64,000 nt of DNA from an uncultured Chloroflexia bacterium (lineage in GTDB: Bacteria > Chloroflexota > Dehalococcoidia > DSTF01 > JALHUB01): NCBI GenBank assembly GCA_963726245.1, contig CAVSBT010000016.1, positions 42,901 to 106,900 of the forward strand, given 5' to 3'. The translations under genes and the position numbers were made by a program. The notes below the pieces were generated by a model. It did not search any database and was not told where the DNA came from. It saw only the letters and a program-made list of their open reading frames with translations. Shown one piece after another: positions 55,912 to 64,000 of the stretch. The first letter of the stretch is position 1, and each line of letters starts with the position of its first letter.

Positions 55912-56737
55912 TTGAATAAGATAGATTCCCTAGATGACCTTCAAGCGGCGGCGCGGCGGATCAGACGCCACATCATCACCATGCTCGCCGCCGCCGGCAG
56001 CGGCCACCCCGGCGGGTCCCTCTCCGCCGTCGAGATCCTCTGTGCCCTCTACTTCCGCGTCCTCCGCCACGAGCCGCAGGACCCCGCCTGGCCCGACCGC
56101 GACCGCTTCATACTGAGCAAGGGCCACGCCGTGCCCGTTCTCTACGCCGTGCTCGCCGAGTGCGGCTACCTGCCGGTGGAGGAGCTCGCCACGCTGCGCA
56201 AGCTGGGCAGCCGGCTCCAGGGCCACTCGCTGGCCGGCTCGCCGCCGGGGGTGGAGATGTCCGCCGGCTCTCTGGGGCAGGGGCTCTCCTACTCCGTCGG
56301 CCAGGCCCTGGCCGGTCGCCTCGACGGCCGCGACTATCGCGTCTACTGCCTCCTCGGCGACGGCGAGCTGGACGAGGGCCAGGTCTGGGAGGCCGCCATG
56401 GCCGCCGCCCACTACTCGCTCGACAACCTGACGGCCATCGTCGACCGCAACCGCATCCAGAACGACGACTTCTGCGACAAGGTCATGCGCACCGACCCCC
56501 TGCCCGACAAGTGGAAGGCCTTCGGCTGGCACGTCCAGGAGGTGGACGGCCACGACCTCTCTCAGCGTCATCGAGGCGTTGGAGAAGGCCAGGGATGTGC
56601 GAGGCCGGCCTAGCGCTATCATCGCCCACACCGTGAAGGGGAAGGGCGTCAGCTTCATGGAGAACAACCCCGAGTTGCACGGCAAGGCGCCGACGCCGGA
56701 GCAGGCGGAGCGCGCCCTGGCGGAGCTGGGTGGATAG
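55912..56737 (+). CDS. Transketolase N-terminal subunit (apparent frameshift near 56565)
   Basis: [34 protein letters not shown]. Confidence 0.92.
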
Positions 56738-56741
56738 CCGG

Positions 56742-57704
56742 ATGACAATCGTATCCCGGGCGGACGCTGCCACGCGGGAGGCCCTGGGCCCCACGCTGGT
56801 GCGCCTCGCTCAGGAGGGACTGGACATCGTGGCGGTGGACGGCGACCTGGGCGCTTCCACCACGGCCCGCGTCTTCGGCGAAGCCTTCCCCGACCGCTTC
56901 TTCACCCTGGGCCCCGCCGAGCAGAACATGATCGGCGTCGCCGCCGGCCTGGCCGCCGCCGGCAAGATCGCCTTCGCCAGCACCTTCGCCGTCTTCATCC
57001 CCGGCCGCTGCTTCGACCAGATCCGGGTCAGCGTCGCCCAGCCTCACCTCAACGTGAAGCTGGTGGCCAGCCACGCCGGCATCAGCGTCGGCGAGGACGG
57101 CATCTCCGCTCAGGCCATCGAAGACATAGCCCTGATGTCGGCCCTGGTGGGGTTCAGCGTCATCGTCCCCGCCGACGTGGTCGAGGCCGCCCAAGCGGTA
57201 GAGACGGCGGCCCGCACTCCGGGCCCCTTCTACATTCGCTGCGGCCGCCCCAAGATACCCATCATCTACGACCAGAGCTACCGATTCCAGCTCGGCAAGG
57301 CCAGCCTGCTGCGCCCCGGCCGCGACGTGACCGTCATCGCCGCCGGGATCATGGTGAAGCGCGCCCTCGATGCGGCGACCGCCCTGGAGGCGGAAGGTGT
57401 CGACTGCCGGGTGCTGAACATGGCCACCATCAAGCCCCTGGACCATGAGGCCATTCTTGCGGCCGCCCGCGAGACGGGGGCCATCGTCGTCGCCGAGGAA
57501 CACCTGGTACACTGTGGGTTAGGAAGCATGGTGGCCCAGGCGCTCGCCGGCGAGCACCCCGTGCCCATGGGCTTCGTGGGCATCAAGGACCGCTACGCCG
57601 AGTCGGGGCCCTGGGACGTGCTGCTCGAGAAGTACGGGCTGACGGCGGAGGCGATCGCCGCGGAGGCCCGTCGCCTGCTGGAACGGAAGGGGAGGGGTTC
57701 ATGA
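56742..57704 (+). CDS. Transketolase C-terminal subunit
   Basis: AEQNM...AAG, FDQIR, GEDG.S.Q, EEH....GLG. Confidence 0.92.
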   Translation: MTIVSRADAATREALGPTLVRLAQEGLDIVAVDGDLGASTTARVFGEAFPDRFFTLGPAEQNMIGVAAGLAAAGKIAFASTFAVFIPGRCFDQIRVSVAQPHLNVKLVASHAGISVGEDGISAQAIEDIALMSALVGFSVIVPADVVEAAQAVETAARTPGPFYIRCGRPKIPIIYDQSYRFQLGKASLLRPGRDVTVIAAGIMVKRALDAATALEAEGVDCRVLNMATIKPLDHEAILAAARETGAIVVAEEHLVHCGLGSMVAQALAGEHPVPMGFVGIKDRYAESGPWDVLLEKYGLTAEAIAAEARRLLERKGRGS

Positions 57705-58846
57705 CTACGGAAGCGGAGGAGAAACCCGTCCCGGCGCCGGCGCCTGCGAAGAGCCGGGGCAAGGCATCGGCGAAGGCCCGCGTCGCCGTCGTCTACACCA
57801 GCGCCAACACGGTGCTGGAGGACATCGGACGGGCCATGCGCCTGGCGGACTACAGCTCGCACCTGTCGCGCGAGGCCGCCACCTTGCTCAAGGTCAACAT
57901 CTCCTGGCAGCACTACTACCCGGCCTGCTCCACCACTCCCTGGCAGCTCGAAGGCGTCATCCGCACCCTCCAGGCCGACGGCTACCGGGACATCGTGCCC
58001 GCTCAGAACGGCACCGTAGTGGTGGACTCTCACCGCGGCGAGGTCAACAACAAGCACAAGGCCGTCTTCGACAGGTACGGCCTGAAGAGCATCCACCTCA
58101 CCGACAAGGACGCCCGCTGGGTCACCTACGCGCCTAAAGGCAAGATGCTGGTGCTGAACGACATCTTCCCCGACGGCATCCAGATCCCTGAGGCGCTCAT
58201 CGGCAAGAACGTCATCCACCTGCCCACTCTGAAGACCCACGTCTTCACGACGATGACGGGCGCCATGAAGAACGCCTTCGGCGGTCTGCTGAACTACCGC
58301 CGCCACTGGACCCACTCCGTCATCCACGAGACGCTGGTCGACCTCCTGACCATCCAGAAGGAGATCCACCCCGGCATCTTCGCCGTCACCGACGGCACCA
58401 TCGCCGGCGACGGGCCGGGGCCGCGGGCCATGCGCCCCCACGTCAAGAACGTCATCCTCGCCAGCGCCGACCAGGTGGCCATCGACGCCGTAGCGGCGCG
58501 CATGATGGGCTTCGACCCCCTCTCGCTGGGGTTCATCCGCCTCGCCCACGAGCGGGGCCTGGGCTGCGGCGACCCGAGCCAGATCGAGGTCGTGGGGATG
58601 GACGTGAGCAACGTCAACTTCGGCTTCCGCGGCGACGAGAACACCTTCGCCAGTTGGGGCCAGAAGCTCATCTACTGGGGCCCTCTCAAGCCGCTCGAGA
58701 AGCCGCTGCTCAGGACGCCCATCGTCCCCTGGTCCTACGCGGCCTCCAACGTCTACTACAACCTCTACTGGTACCCACTTTTCGGGCGGAAGCGGGTGAA
58801 GCAGGCCCTCCAGACCGAGTGGGGCAAGCTGTTCCAGAGCTACTAG
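57701..58846 (+). CDS. DUF362 domain protein
   Basis: KVN.SW, LP.LKTH...T.TGAMKN.FG, DG...G.GP, D.VA.D. Confidence 0.85.
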   Translation: MTTEAEEKPVPAPAPAKSRGKASAKARVAVVYTSANTVLEDIGRAMRLADYSSHLSREAATLLKVNISWQHYYPACSTTPWQLEGVIRTLQADGYRDIVPAQNGTVVVDSHRGEVNNKHKAVFDRYGLKSIHLTDKDARWVTYAPKGKMLVLNDIFPDGIQIPEALIGKNVIHLPTLKTHVFTTMTGAMKNAFGGLLNYRRHWTHSVIHETLVDLLTIQKEIHPGIFAVTDGTIAGDGPGPRAMRPHVKNVILASADQVAIDAVAARMMGFDPLSLGFIRLAHERGLGCGDPSQIEVVGMDVSNVNFGFRGDENTFASWGQKLIYWGPLKPLEKPLLRTPIVPWSYAASNVYYNLYWYPLFGRKRVKQALQTEWGKLFQSY

Positions 58847-58917
58847 AGCAGGCTCGCACGTCGCCTCTGCTGCTTCCCTGTCCTCTGCTTGCGCCGCCCC
58901 ACACCGCTCTCCGTCTG

Positions 58918-59068
58918 ACCCACCCGGCCCTCCCCAGTGACTTCGCTGCCGCGCAGTCACTGCATGGAAACCCATCCCACTCGATGCCGGATCATCCCCG
59001 ATGGGGCGGGGGCTTCCTCACATCGAGCGAGCGGCAGCGAGCGAGATGGGGGGCGGCCCTGGGTGGGT
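58918..59068. repeat. Composite inverted-repeat / structured non-coding element
   Basis: ACCCACCC/GGGTGGGT, TCGCTGCCGC/GCGGCAGCGA and CTCGATG/CATCGAG nested pairings. Confidence 0.6.
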
Positions 59069-59208
59069 GCCGCGGGCTCGGCGTGCCCAGCGGCGTTCGC
59101 GACAGGCATTCGCGCGCATTCTGGTGTCGCGTATTGCAGCGTCTCTCCCGCACGTAGTACTATTGGACGCGATTTAGAAGAGCACGAGTCGGCAAGCGAG
59201 GAAAACCG

Positions 59209-60306
59209 GTGATAGTCTGGGTGACCGGGATCAGCGGCATCGACAGAAGGGGGTACGTGGAAGAGGCCGCCAAGATCGGAAACTCGACAACAACCGGCCG
59301 CTACAGGGTGATTGATGTGGGGACGCTGCTAGAGAACGTGCCGGCGCACCTTAGGGTGCAGCCCAACCCCACGGCCCTTCTTGACGGGAACCCTGAGGTG
59401 CTCCGACTCCACCGGGTGATAGCTCTGCAGGGGCTAGTGTGGGAGCTCCAGAAGGGGCCTGACAGCCAGGTCACCCTTGTGAGCAGCCACGCGTGCTTCA
59501 TGCGGGACGGTCGACTGCTGCCCGGACTCGACATGGCCTTCCTCAGACAGGAACTGGAAGGTAAGATCGACCTCTTCGCAACCGTCATTGACGACTGCCA
59601 CACAGCATGGGAGGCCCTGCAGCAAAGGCCTGAGTGGCAGGGAAAGGTATGCTTCGCAGATATAGCGATATGGCGTGACTTCGAAGCTTCTCTGACCAAG
59701 ATGCTGGCCGAGTATGAGGGCAAGCCTTTCTATCTGCTGGCACGCCAGGATCCACCCAGTTCTCTAACGTACCTAACCGCGGATCCTCCATACCCGAGTG
59801 TCTATCTGAGTTTCCCCATCACCCGCGTCCAGCAGGACAACCCTGAACTGATCCGGGAAGCTGAGAGGCTGAGAGACGATCTCCGCGCAGCGGGCTTCGT
59901 GGTGTTCGATCCACTCGCCATCAAGGACGTTCCGGGCACTCGAGAAAAGGCCGGGATGGCCAGCACTGTGCCTGAAGAGCAGGTGGAGGCGGCAAAGCTT
60001 TATCTGACGCGGCAGACGAATCCCAGGGATCTTCAGCTCATTGACCAGGCGGACATGGTCGTTGTGTATTACCCTACAACCAAGGATTCGCCGGGCGTCT
60101 CAACGGAAATGGGCCACGCCAGGGACAGGCGCAAACCCCTGTATCTGTGCGCCTATCCTGGCGTGCCCGACTCCATAAGTCCTTTCCTTCGCGACTATTT
60201 CACGGAAGCCTTCGCGGATCCGCCGAAACTCATCGAGTTCCTGACGCAGCAATACATAGCAGAGCCGCCGGACACCAAATCCGGCGGCAAGCCACCAACT
60301 GCCTAG
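59209..60306 (+). CDS. NMP-kinase-like P-loop domain fused to a nucleoside 2-deoxyribosyltransferase-like domain
   Basis: N-terminal VTGISG.DR degenerate P-loop and ..SHA.F; C-terminal VYLSFPI, GF.VFDP, RD.QLIDQAD.VV.YY, SPGV..E..HA. Confidence 0.7.
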   Translation: MIVWVTGISGIDRRGYVEEAAKIGNSTTTGRYRVIDVGTLLENVPAHLRVQPNPTALLDGNPEVLRLHRVIALQGLVWELQKGPDSQVTLVSSHACFMRDGRLLPGLDMAFLRQELEGKIDLFATVIDDCHTAWEALQQRPEWQGKVCFADIAIWRDFEASLTKMLAEYEGKPFYLLARQDPPSSLTYLTADPPYPSVYLSFPITRVQQDNPELIREAERLRDDLRAAGFVVFDPLAIKDVPGTREKAGMASTVPEEQVEAAKLYLTRQTNPRDLQLIDQADMVVVYYPTTKDSPGVSTEMGHARDRRKPLYLCAYPGVPDSISPFLRDYFTEAFADPPKLIEFLTQQYIAEPPDTKSGGKPPTA

Positions 60307-60316
60307 CGCCTCGAGG

Positions 60317-60514
60317 TCACTTGACGAACAGTTTGTCAACCTCTTCCCTGATTGCCTTTTCTGTGACCGCCGTGACGCGCAGCCTGTCGCCCACCACCTC
60401 CACGTCTCGCACCACTACAACGTCACCGCCCGAGATCTGTTCGCCAGTTTTCACCTCGAAGGAGAAGCTTCTCGCCTCTAGGTCGACATGGTTCTGGCCG
60501 CCTCCGGAATTCAT
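60317..60514 (-). CDS. Small hypothetical protein (65 aa)
   Basis: AAAGGAG RBS upstream of ATG; converges tightly on the kinase-NDT gene. Confidence 0.5.
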   Translation of the reverse strand: MNSGGGQNHVDLEARSFSFEVKTGEQISGGDVVVVRDVEVVGDRLRVTAVTEKAIREEVDKLFVK

Positions 60515-60825
60515 GTGGGCCTGAACTCCTTTCTATGCCTTCCACGTCAATACCTTTGCGGGCAATTGAAACACAATGGCAGCGGTCCGTCAACGACCTC
60601 TTTCTAGTAGAACATGTGTGCTCCCACTTTGTCAAGACGTTCCTCAGTGGGCGTTTAGGCCCCCGTTCCCGCCCCGTCCGAGGGGATATCCTGGCTGCTG
60701 CCAGCGCTGGCCTGGGCGTCGGCATATAATCATAGGACAAGCGGCGAGGCCGCACCTGGGCCTTTTCCCCCGCCGGCGGTGTCCCTCTCTGGAGGCGAGT
60801 CGCCTTTGGAGACGGCCGGTTCGCC

Positions 60826-60854
60826 CGTCCGCCGGAGGCGGACTCAGAGTGACA
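60826..60854. repeat. Half copy of the 3276-3360 REP/MITE element, reverse orientation
   Basis: Reverse complement TGTCACTCTGAGTCCGCC-TCC-GGCGGACG versus TGTCATTCTGAGTCCGCC-AA-GGCGGACG. Confidence 0.7.
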
Positions 60855-60942
60855 GTCCAGGGAAACCCCATCACTTGCCGTCGGCCGCTCGACTGACGCA
60901 GCGCCAGGCGCCCGGCCTGGGCGACCCTGCTACAATGTGCCC

Positions 60943-61996
60943 ATGAACCTCCAGAAGCTCCGCGGCCGGCTGCTACTCTCCGCTCCTGCTGGGCGCGGCC
61001 GTCTTCGTCGGGCTGTCGGCCTACGGCGACTTCTCGGACGTCGTCGAGGGCCTGCAGGACTTCAAATGGTGGCTGCTGCCGGCCATCCTGGCCCTCACCT
61101 GCATCAACTACCTCCTCCGCTTCGTGAAGTGGGACTTCTATCTCCACCAGATCGGCGTGCGCGACCTGCCCAAGCGCGACAGCTTCCTCATGTTCTTCTC
61201 CGGTCTGGCCATGGTCATCACGCCGGGCAAGGTCGGCGAGTGGCTGAAGGGCTACCTGCTGCGCGAGGTGCACGGCACCCCCTTCGCCCGCTCGGCGCCC
61301 ATCCTGATCGCCGAGCGGCTCACCGATACCTTCGCCCTGCTCATCCTGGCGACGGCGGGGCTCTTCGTCTTCGGTCAGGCCTGGCAGTTCTTCGTGGTGG
61401 TAGGCGTCACGGCCGCCGTCTTCCTCTTCGTGGCCCGTCACCGGCCCGCAATGCAGGCTATCCTGCGCCTGGTGGAGCGGCTGCCTGTCGTTTCCCGCTT
61501 CGCCCACCTCATCGAGGAGTTCTACGAGAGCACCCACGTGCTCGTCTCGCCCCGCAACCTGCTGCTGATGACGGCCCTCAGCGTCGTCTCCTGGAGCGGC
61601 GAGGTGCTGGCCTTCTACGTCACCCTGCTGGCGCTGGGGCTGGACCCCACGGGCCTGCTGCTGCTCCAGGCGGCCTTCATCCTGCCCGTGGCGACCGTCG
61701 CCGGGGCCGTCCTGCTGACGCCGGGCGGGCTGGGGGTGGCGGAAGGCGGCCTCACGGGGCTGCTCCAGGTCATCGTCGACATGCCGAAGAGCCTGGCGAC
61801 CGTGGCTACCATTGTCATCCGCTTCGCCACGCTTTGGTTCGGCGTCATGGTGGGGATGGGGGCTCTCGCTATTATGACCCGCCGCCTGGCCCGGCAGCCG
61901 GCATCGGAGGCCGCCTCGGCGACCGGCGCCGCGGCTGACGAGGCTGGGTCAAGGAATCGGGGCCTGCCGCCCGGCGTCGCGGCGCCTGAGCCGTGA
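60943..61996 (+). CDS. Flippase-like membrane protein (UPF0104 / LPG synthase TM domain; apparent frameshift near 60980)
   Basis: LRF.KW, TPGKVGE..K, ER..D, TPGGLG..EG, R.ATLW. Confidence 0.88.
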
Positions 61997-62008
61997 ACTG
62001 TTTAGATG

Positions 62009-62096
62009 GCCACAGATTCACACAGATGAAACACAGATTCCCAGGCCAGCGGACCCTGTTTGGCGCAATCTGTGCCTGTCTGTGTCCATCTGTGGC
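62009..62096. repeat. Inverted decamer-array element (CACAGAT x3 ... ATCTGTG-like x3)
   Basis: GCCACAGATTCACACAGATGAAACACAGATT ... AATCTGTGCCTGTCTGTGTCCATCTGTGGC. Confidence 0.75.
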
Positions 62097-62166
62097 TGAT
62101 GGGTTATTCTGTCAATCGTCCATGTCGGTTCGCACCGACACCGCAAGGGATGAAGACGCGGGGCGC

Positions 62167-62247
62167 GCCCTTCGACAGGCTCAGGGTGCGGAATGGGCTG
62201 CTTGTCGCAGAGGGAAGGCGATATGGCATGCTGAGCTTGTCGAAGCA
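62167..62247. repeat. REP doublet CTTCGACAGGCTCAG ... CTGAGCTTGTCGAAG
   Basis: Two inverted copies about 35 bp apart. Confidence 0.75.
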
Positions 62248-62302
62248 CCCAGAGTGAACGACGGCCGCATTTTCGAAGCAATGACCATCAGGCGGCGGTA
62301 AG

Positions 62303-63186
62303 ATGGACCTGGCCTCCCGAGCCGCCGGCCTCTCCTTCTCGTCCAACTTCACCTCATGCTCTTGAAGCTGGCCGTGGGCCTCTTCACCGGCAGCATCGCC
62401 ATCCTCTCCGACGCCCTGGACAGCGCCGAGGACACCGTCTCCTCCGCCTTCGCCTTCGTCACCGTGCGTCTCTCGGCCCGGCCGGCGGACGTGGAGCACC
62501 CCTACGGCCACGGCAAGGCGGAGAGCGTGGCCGCCGGCGCACAGGCCGTCCTCATCGGCGGCGGCGGGGTCTTCATCATGTATCAGGCGGTGCGGCGTCT
62601 GGTGGTGGGCCAGTCGGACATCGTGGTGGGGCCCGGCCTGGCGATCATGGGCGTTACCGCCCTCGCCAACCTGGGGGTTGTCGTCTTCGTGGGCCGGGCG
62701 GCCCGCGCCACCGGCTCCCTGGCCCTGACCACCGAGACCCGCCATCTGCGTGCGAACATCGCCCAGGCGCTGGCCGTCATCGTGGGCCTGGCCCTGGTAG
62801 GCCTGACCGGTCGCAACCTGTTCGACCCGCTGGTAGCGCTGGTCCTGTCTGCTTACCTTCTATGGACGGCCTTCCGCATCTTCCAGACGGCGCTGGTGCA
62901 GATCATGGATGTGAGCCTGCCCGCCAGCGAGATGGACATCATCGAAGATACGATCCTGGGCTTCCGGCCGCAGATCGCCGGCTACCATCATCTGCGCACA
63001 CGTCGCTCCGGGCGCGAGCGCTACGTCGAAGTGCACCTGGTGGTGGACCCGCGGAGGAGCGTGGAGGAGGTGCACGGCATCTGCGACCGCATCGAAGAGG
63101 AGGTGGTGCGCCGCCTGCCGGGTACGGTGGTCACCATTCACGTGGAGCCCGCCGACGGCCGCTACGCCGGTGGTGCAGAGACGTAG
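62303..63186 (+). CDS. Cation diffusion facilitator transporter (apparent frameshift near 62355)
   Basis: GSIA..SDA.DS..D, P.D.EHPYGHGKAE, LRTRRSG, IHVEP. Confidence 0.9.
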
Positions 63187-63195
63187 CCAGCGAGT

Positions 63196-63254
63196 GTAGC
63201 GGAGGGCTTCAGCCCTCCACCGCGCTTTCGTGGAAGGCTAAAGCCTTCCGCTAA
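63196..63254. repeat. REP doublet (REPIN-like, GTAG family) between convergent genes
   Basis: GTAGCGGAGGGC-TTCA-GCCCTCC and GGAAGGC-TAAA-GCCTTCCGCTA. Confidence 0.75.
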
Positions 63255-63260
63255 GCGGCC

Positions 63261-63608
63261 TTACTCCCGGTGCCCGTTGCCCTCTACCTCCTCCTCCTCT
63301 TCCTCCTCCTCGTCCTCGTCCTCTTCGAGCTCCTCTTCGGAGTAGACGCCGGTCTGGCGGCCCACCCAGACGGTGACGACGAAGTCCTCGCGGTAGGGGT
63401 CGTTGCTCATCACCAGCCGCTCGTCGATCTCGCTGATGAGCTCCTGGATGTCGTCCTCGGTCAGGCTCTCCGGGATGCAGAGGGTGCCGTAGGTGACGCT
63501 GAACGTGTAGTGGAGGTCGATCCGGCCCACGTCGTCGCCGTCGACCTCAATGACGAAGGACTCGGAGTAAGGCGTACGGCTCTCGCGCTCGAAATCGTAA
63601 TCGGCCAT
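63261..63608 (-). CDS. Acidic hypothetical protein with poly-Glu tail
   Basis: AAGGAGG RBS before ATG (MADYDFERESRTPYSE); host-like codon usage. Confidence 0.75.
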   Translation of the reverse strand: MADYDFERESRTPYSESFVIEVDGDDVGRIDLHYTFSVTYGTLCIPESLTEDDIQELISEIDERLVMSNDPYREDFVVTVWVGRQTGVYSEEELEEDEDEEEEEEEEVEGNGHRE

Positions 63609-63670
63609 GGCGTCCTCCTTCCACCCGCCACCGGCGGGCGCGCCTGCCTGCCTGCCGGCAGACCGACGTG

Positions 63671-64000
63671 CTAGGCGCGGGTCTGGCCTGAGCCCAGGAC
63701 GACCCACTTGTAGGTGGTGATCTCCTGGAGGCCCACCGGCCCCCGCGCGTGGAACTTCTGCGTAGAGTCTATGATCTCGGCGCCCAGGCCGAACTGGGCG
63801 CCGTCGGTGAACTGGGTGCTGGCGTTGACGTAGACCACCGCCGTGTCCACCTCCGCCACGAAGCGACGGGCGGCGCTGTAGTCCTCGGTGACGATGGCGT
63901 CGGAGTGGCCCGTGCCATGGGTGTAGATGTGGTCGATGGCTTCGTCCAGCGAGTCTACCACCCGCACGGCGGCGACGGGCGCCAGGAACTCGTGGCCGAA
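63671..64000 (-). CDS. proA: Gamma-glutamyl phosphate reductase (5' truncated by window edge)
   Basis: HSDAIVT, VD.A.VYVNAST.FTDG..FG.GAE, HARGP.GL..ITTYK. Confidence 0.95.
   Translation of the reverse strand, partial: FGHEFLAPVAAVRVVDSLDEAIDHIYTHGTGHSDAIVTEDYSAARRFVAEVDTAVVYVNASTQFTDGAQFGLGAEIIDSTQKFHARGPVGLQEITTYKWVVLGSGQTRA

Noticed and set aside
61993-62301. 102-aa and 87-aa ORFs between the flippase and CDF genes
   Set aside because: They are translations of REP-like repeats (HRFTQM, LRQAQ, ELVE), not plausible proteins

Overview
GC-rich bacterial chromosomal window, mostly housekeeping genes. Gene order suggests Chloroflexota, class Dehalococcoidia (inference): mtnP-ahcY-metK-NTP transferase-PGM-PGI lie next to rpsI/rplM, and the str operon has no tuf. 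Contents in order: a SAM-cycle operon interrupted by a HipA-like kinase/DUF3037 islet; the full str-S10-spc-alpha ribosomal supercluster (9.7-31 kb, minus strand); an ETF plus membrane Fe-S oxidoreductase; folate and pyrimidine genes; a 5-GAF GGDEF/HD-GYP signalling gene; a sulfur-carrier cluster (Rrf2, CysK, Ubl-E1 fusion, Ubl, CysM, JAMM) and a ThrC-NIL-Ubl operon; asd/dapA; transketolase; a kinase-like/NDT islet; and proA. Many essential genes carry single-base frameshifts, best explained as long-read assembly indels, so I merged the fragments into single genes. Best leads: (1) three ubiquitin-like sulfur carriers in three different maturation states, with a ThrC-NIL-Ubl operon behind a switch-like leader; (2) a ~180-nt highly structured RNA upstream of rpsL; (3) tandem-repeat-expanded ribosomal proteins S17 and L15; (4) two candidate defence/toxin islets; (5) several families of tiny palindromic repeats, some in frame inside proteins. 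I saw no tRNA, rRNA, CRISPR array or transposase. No database searches or folding programs were run; all family calls come from motif recognition by eye.
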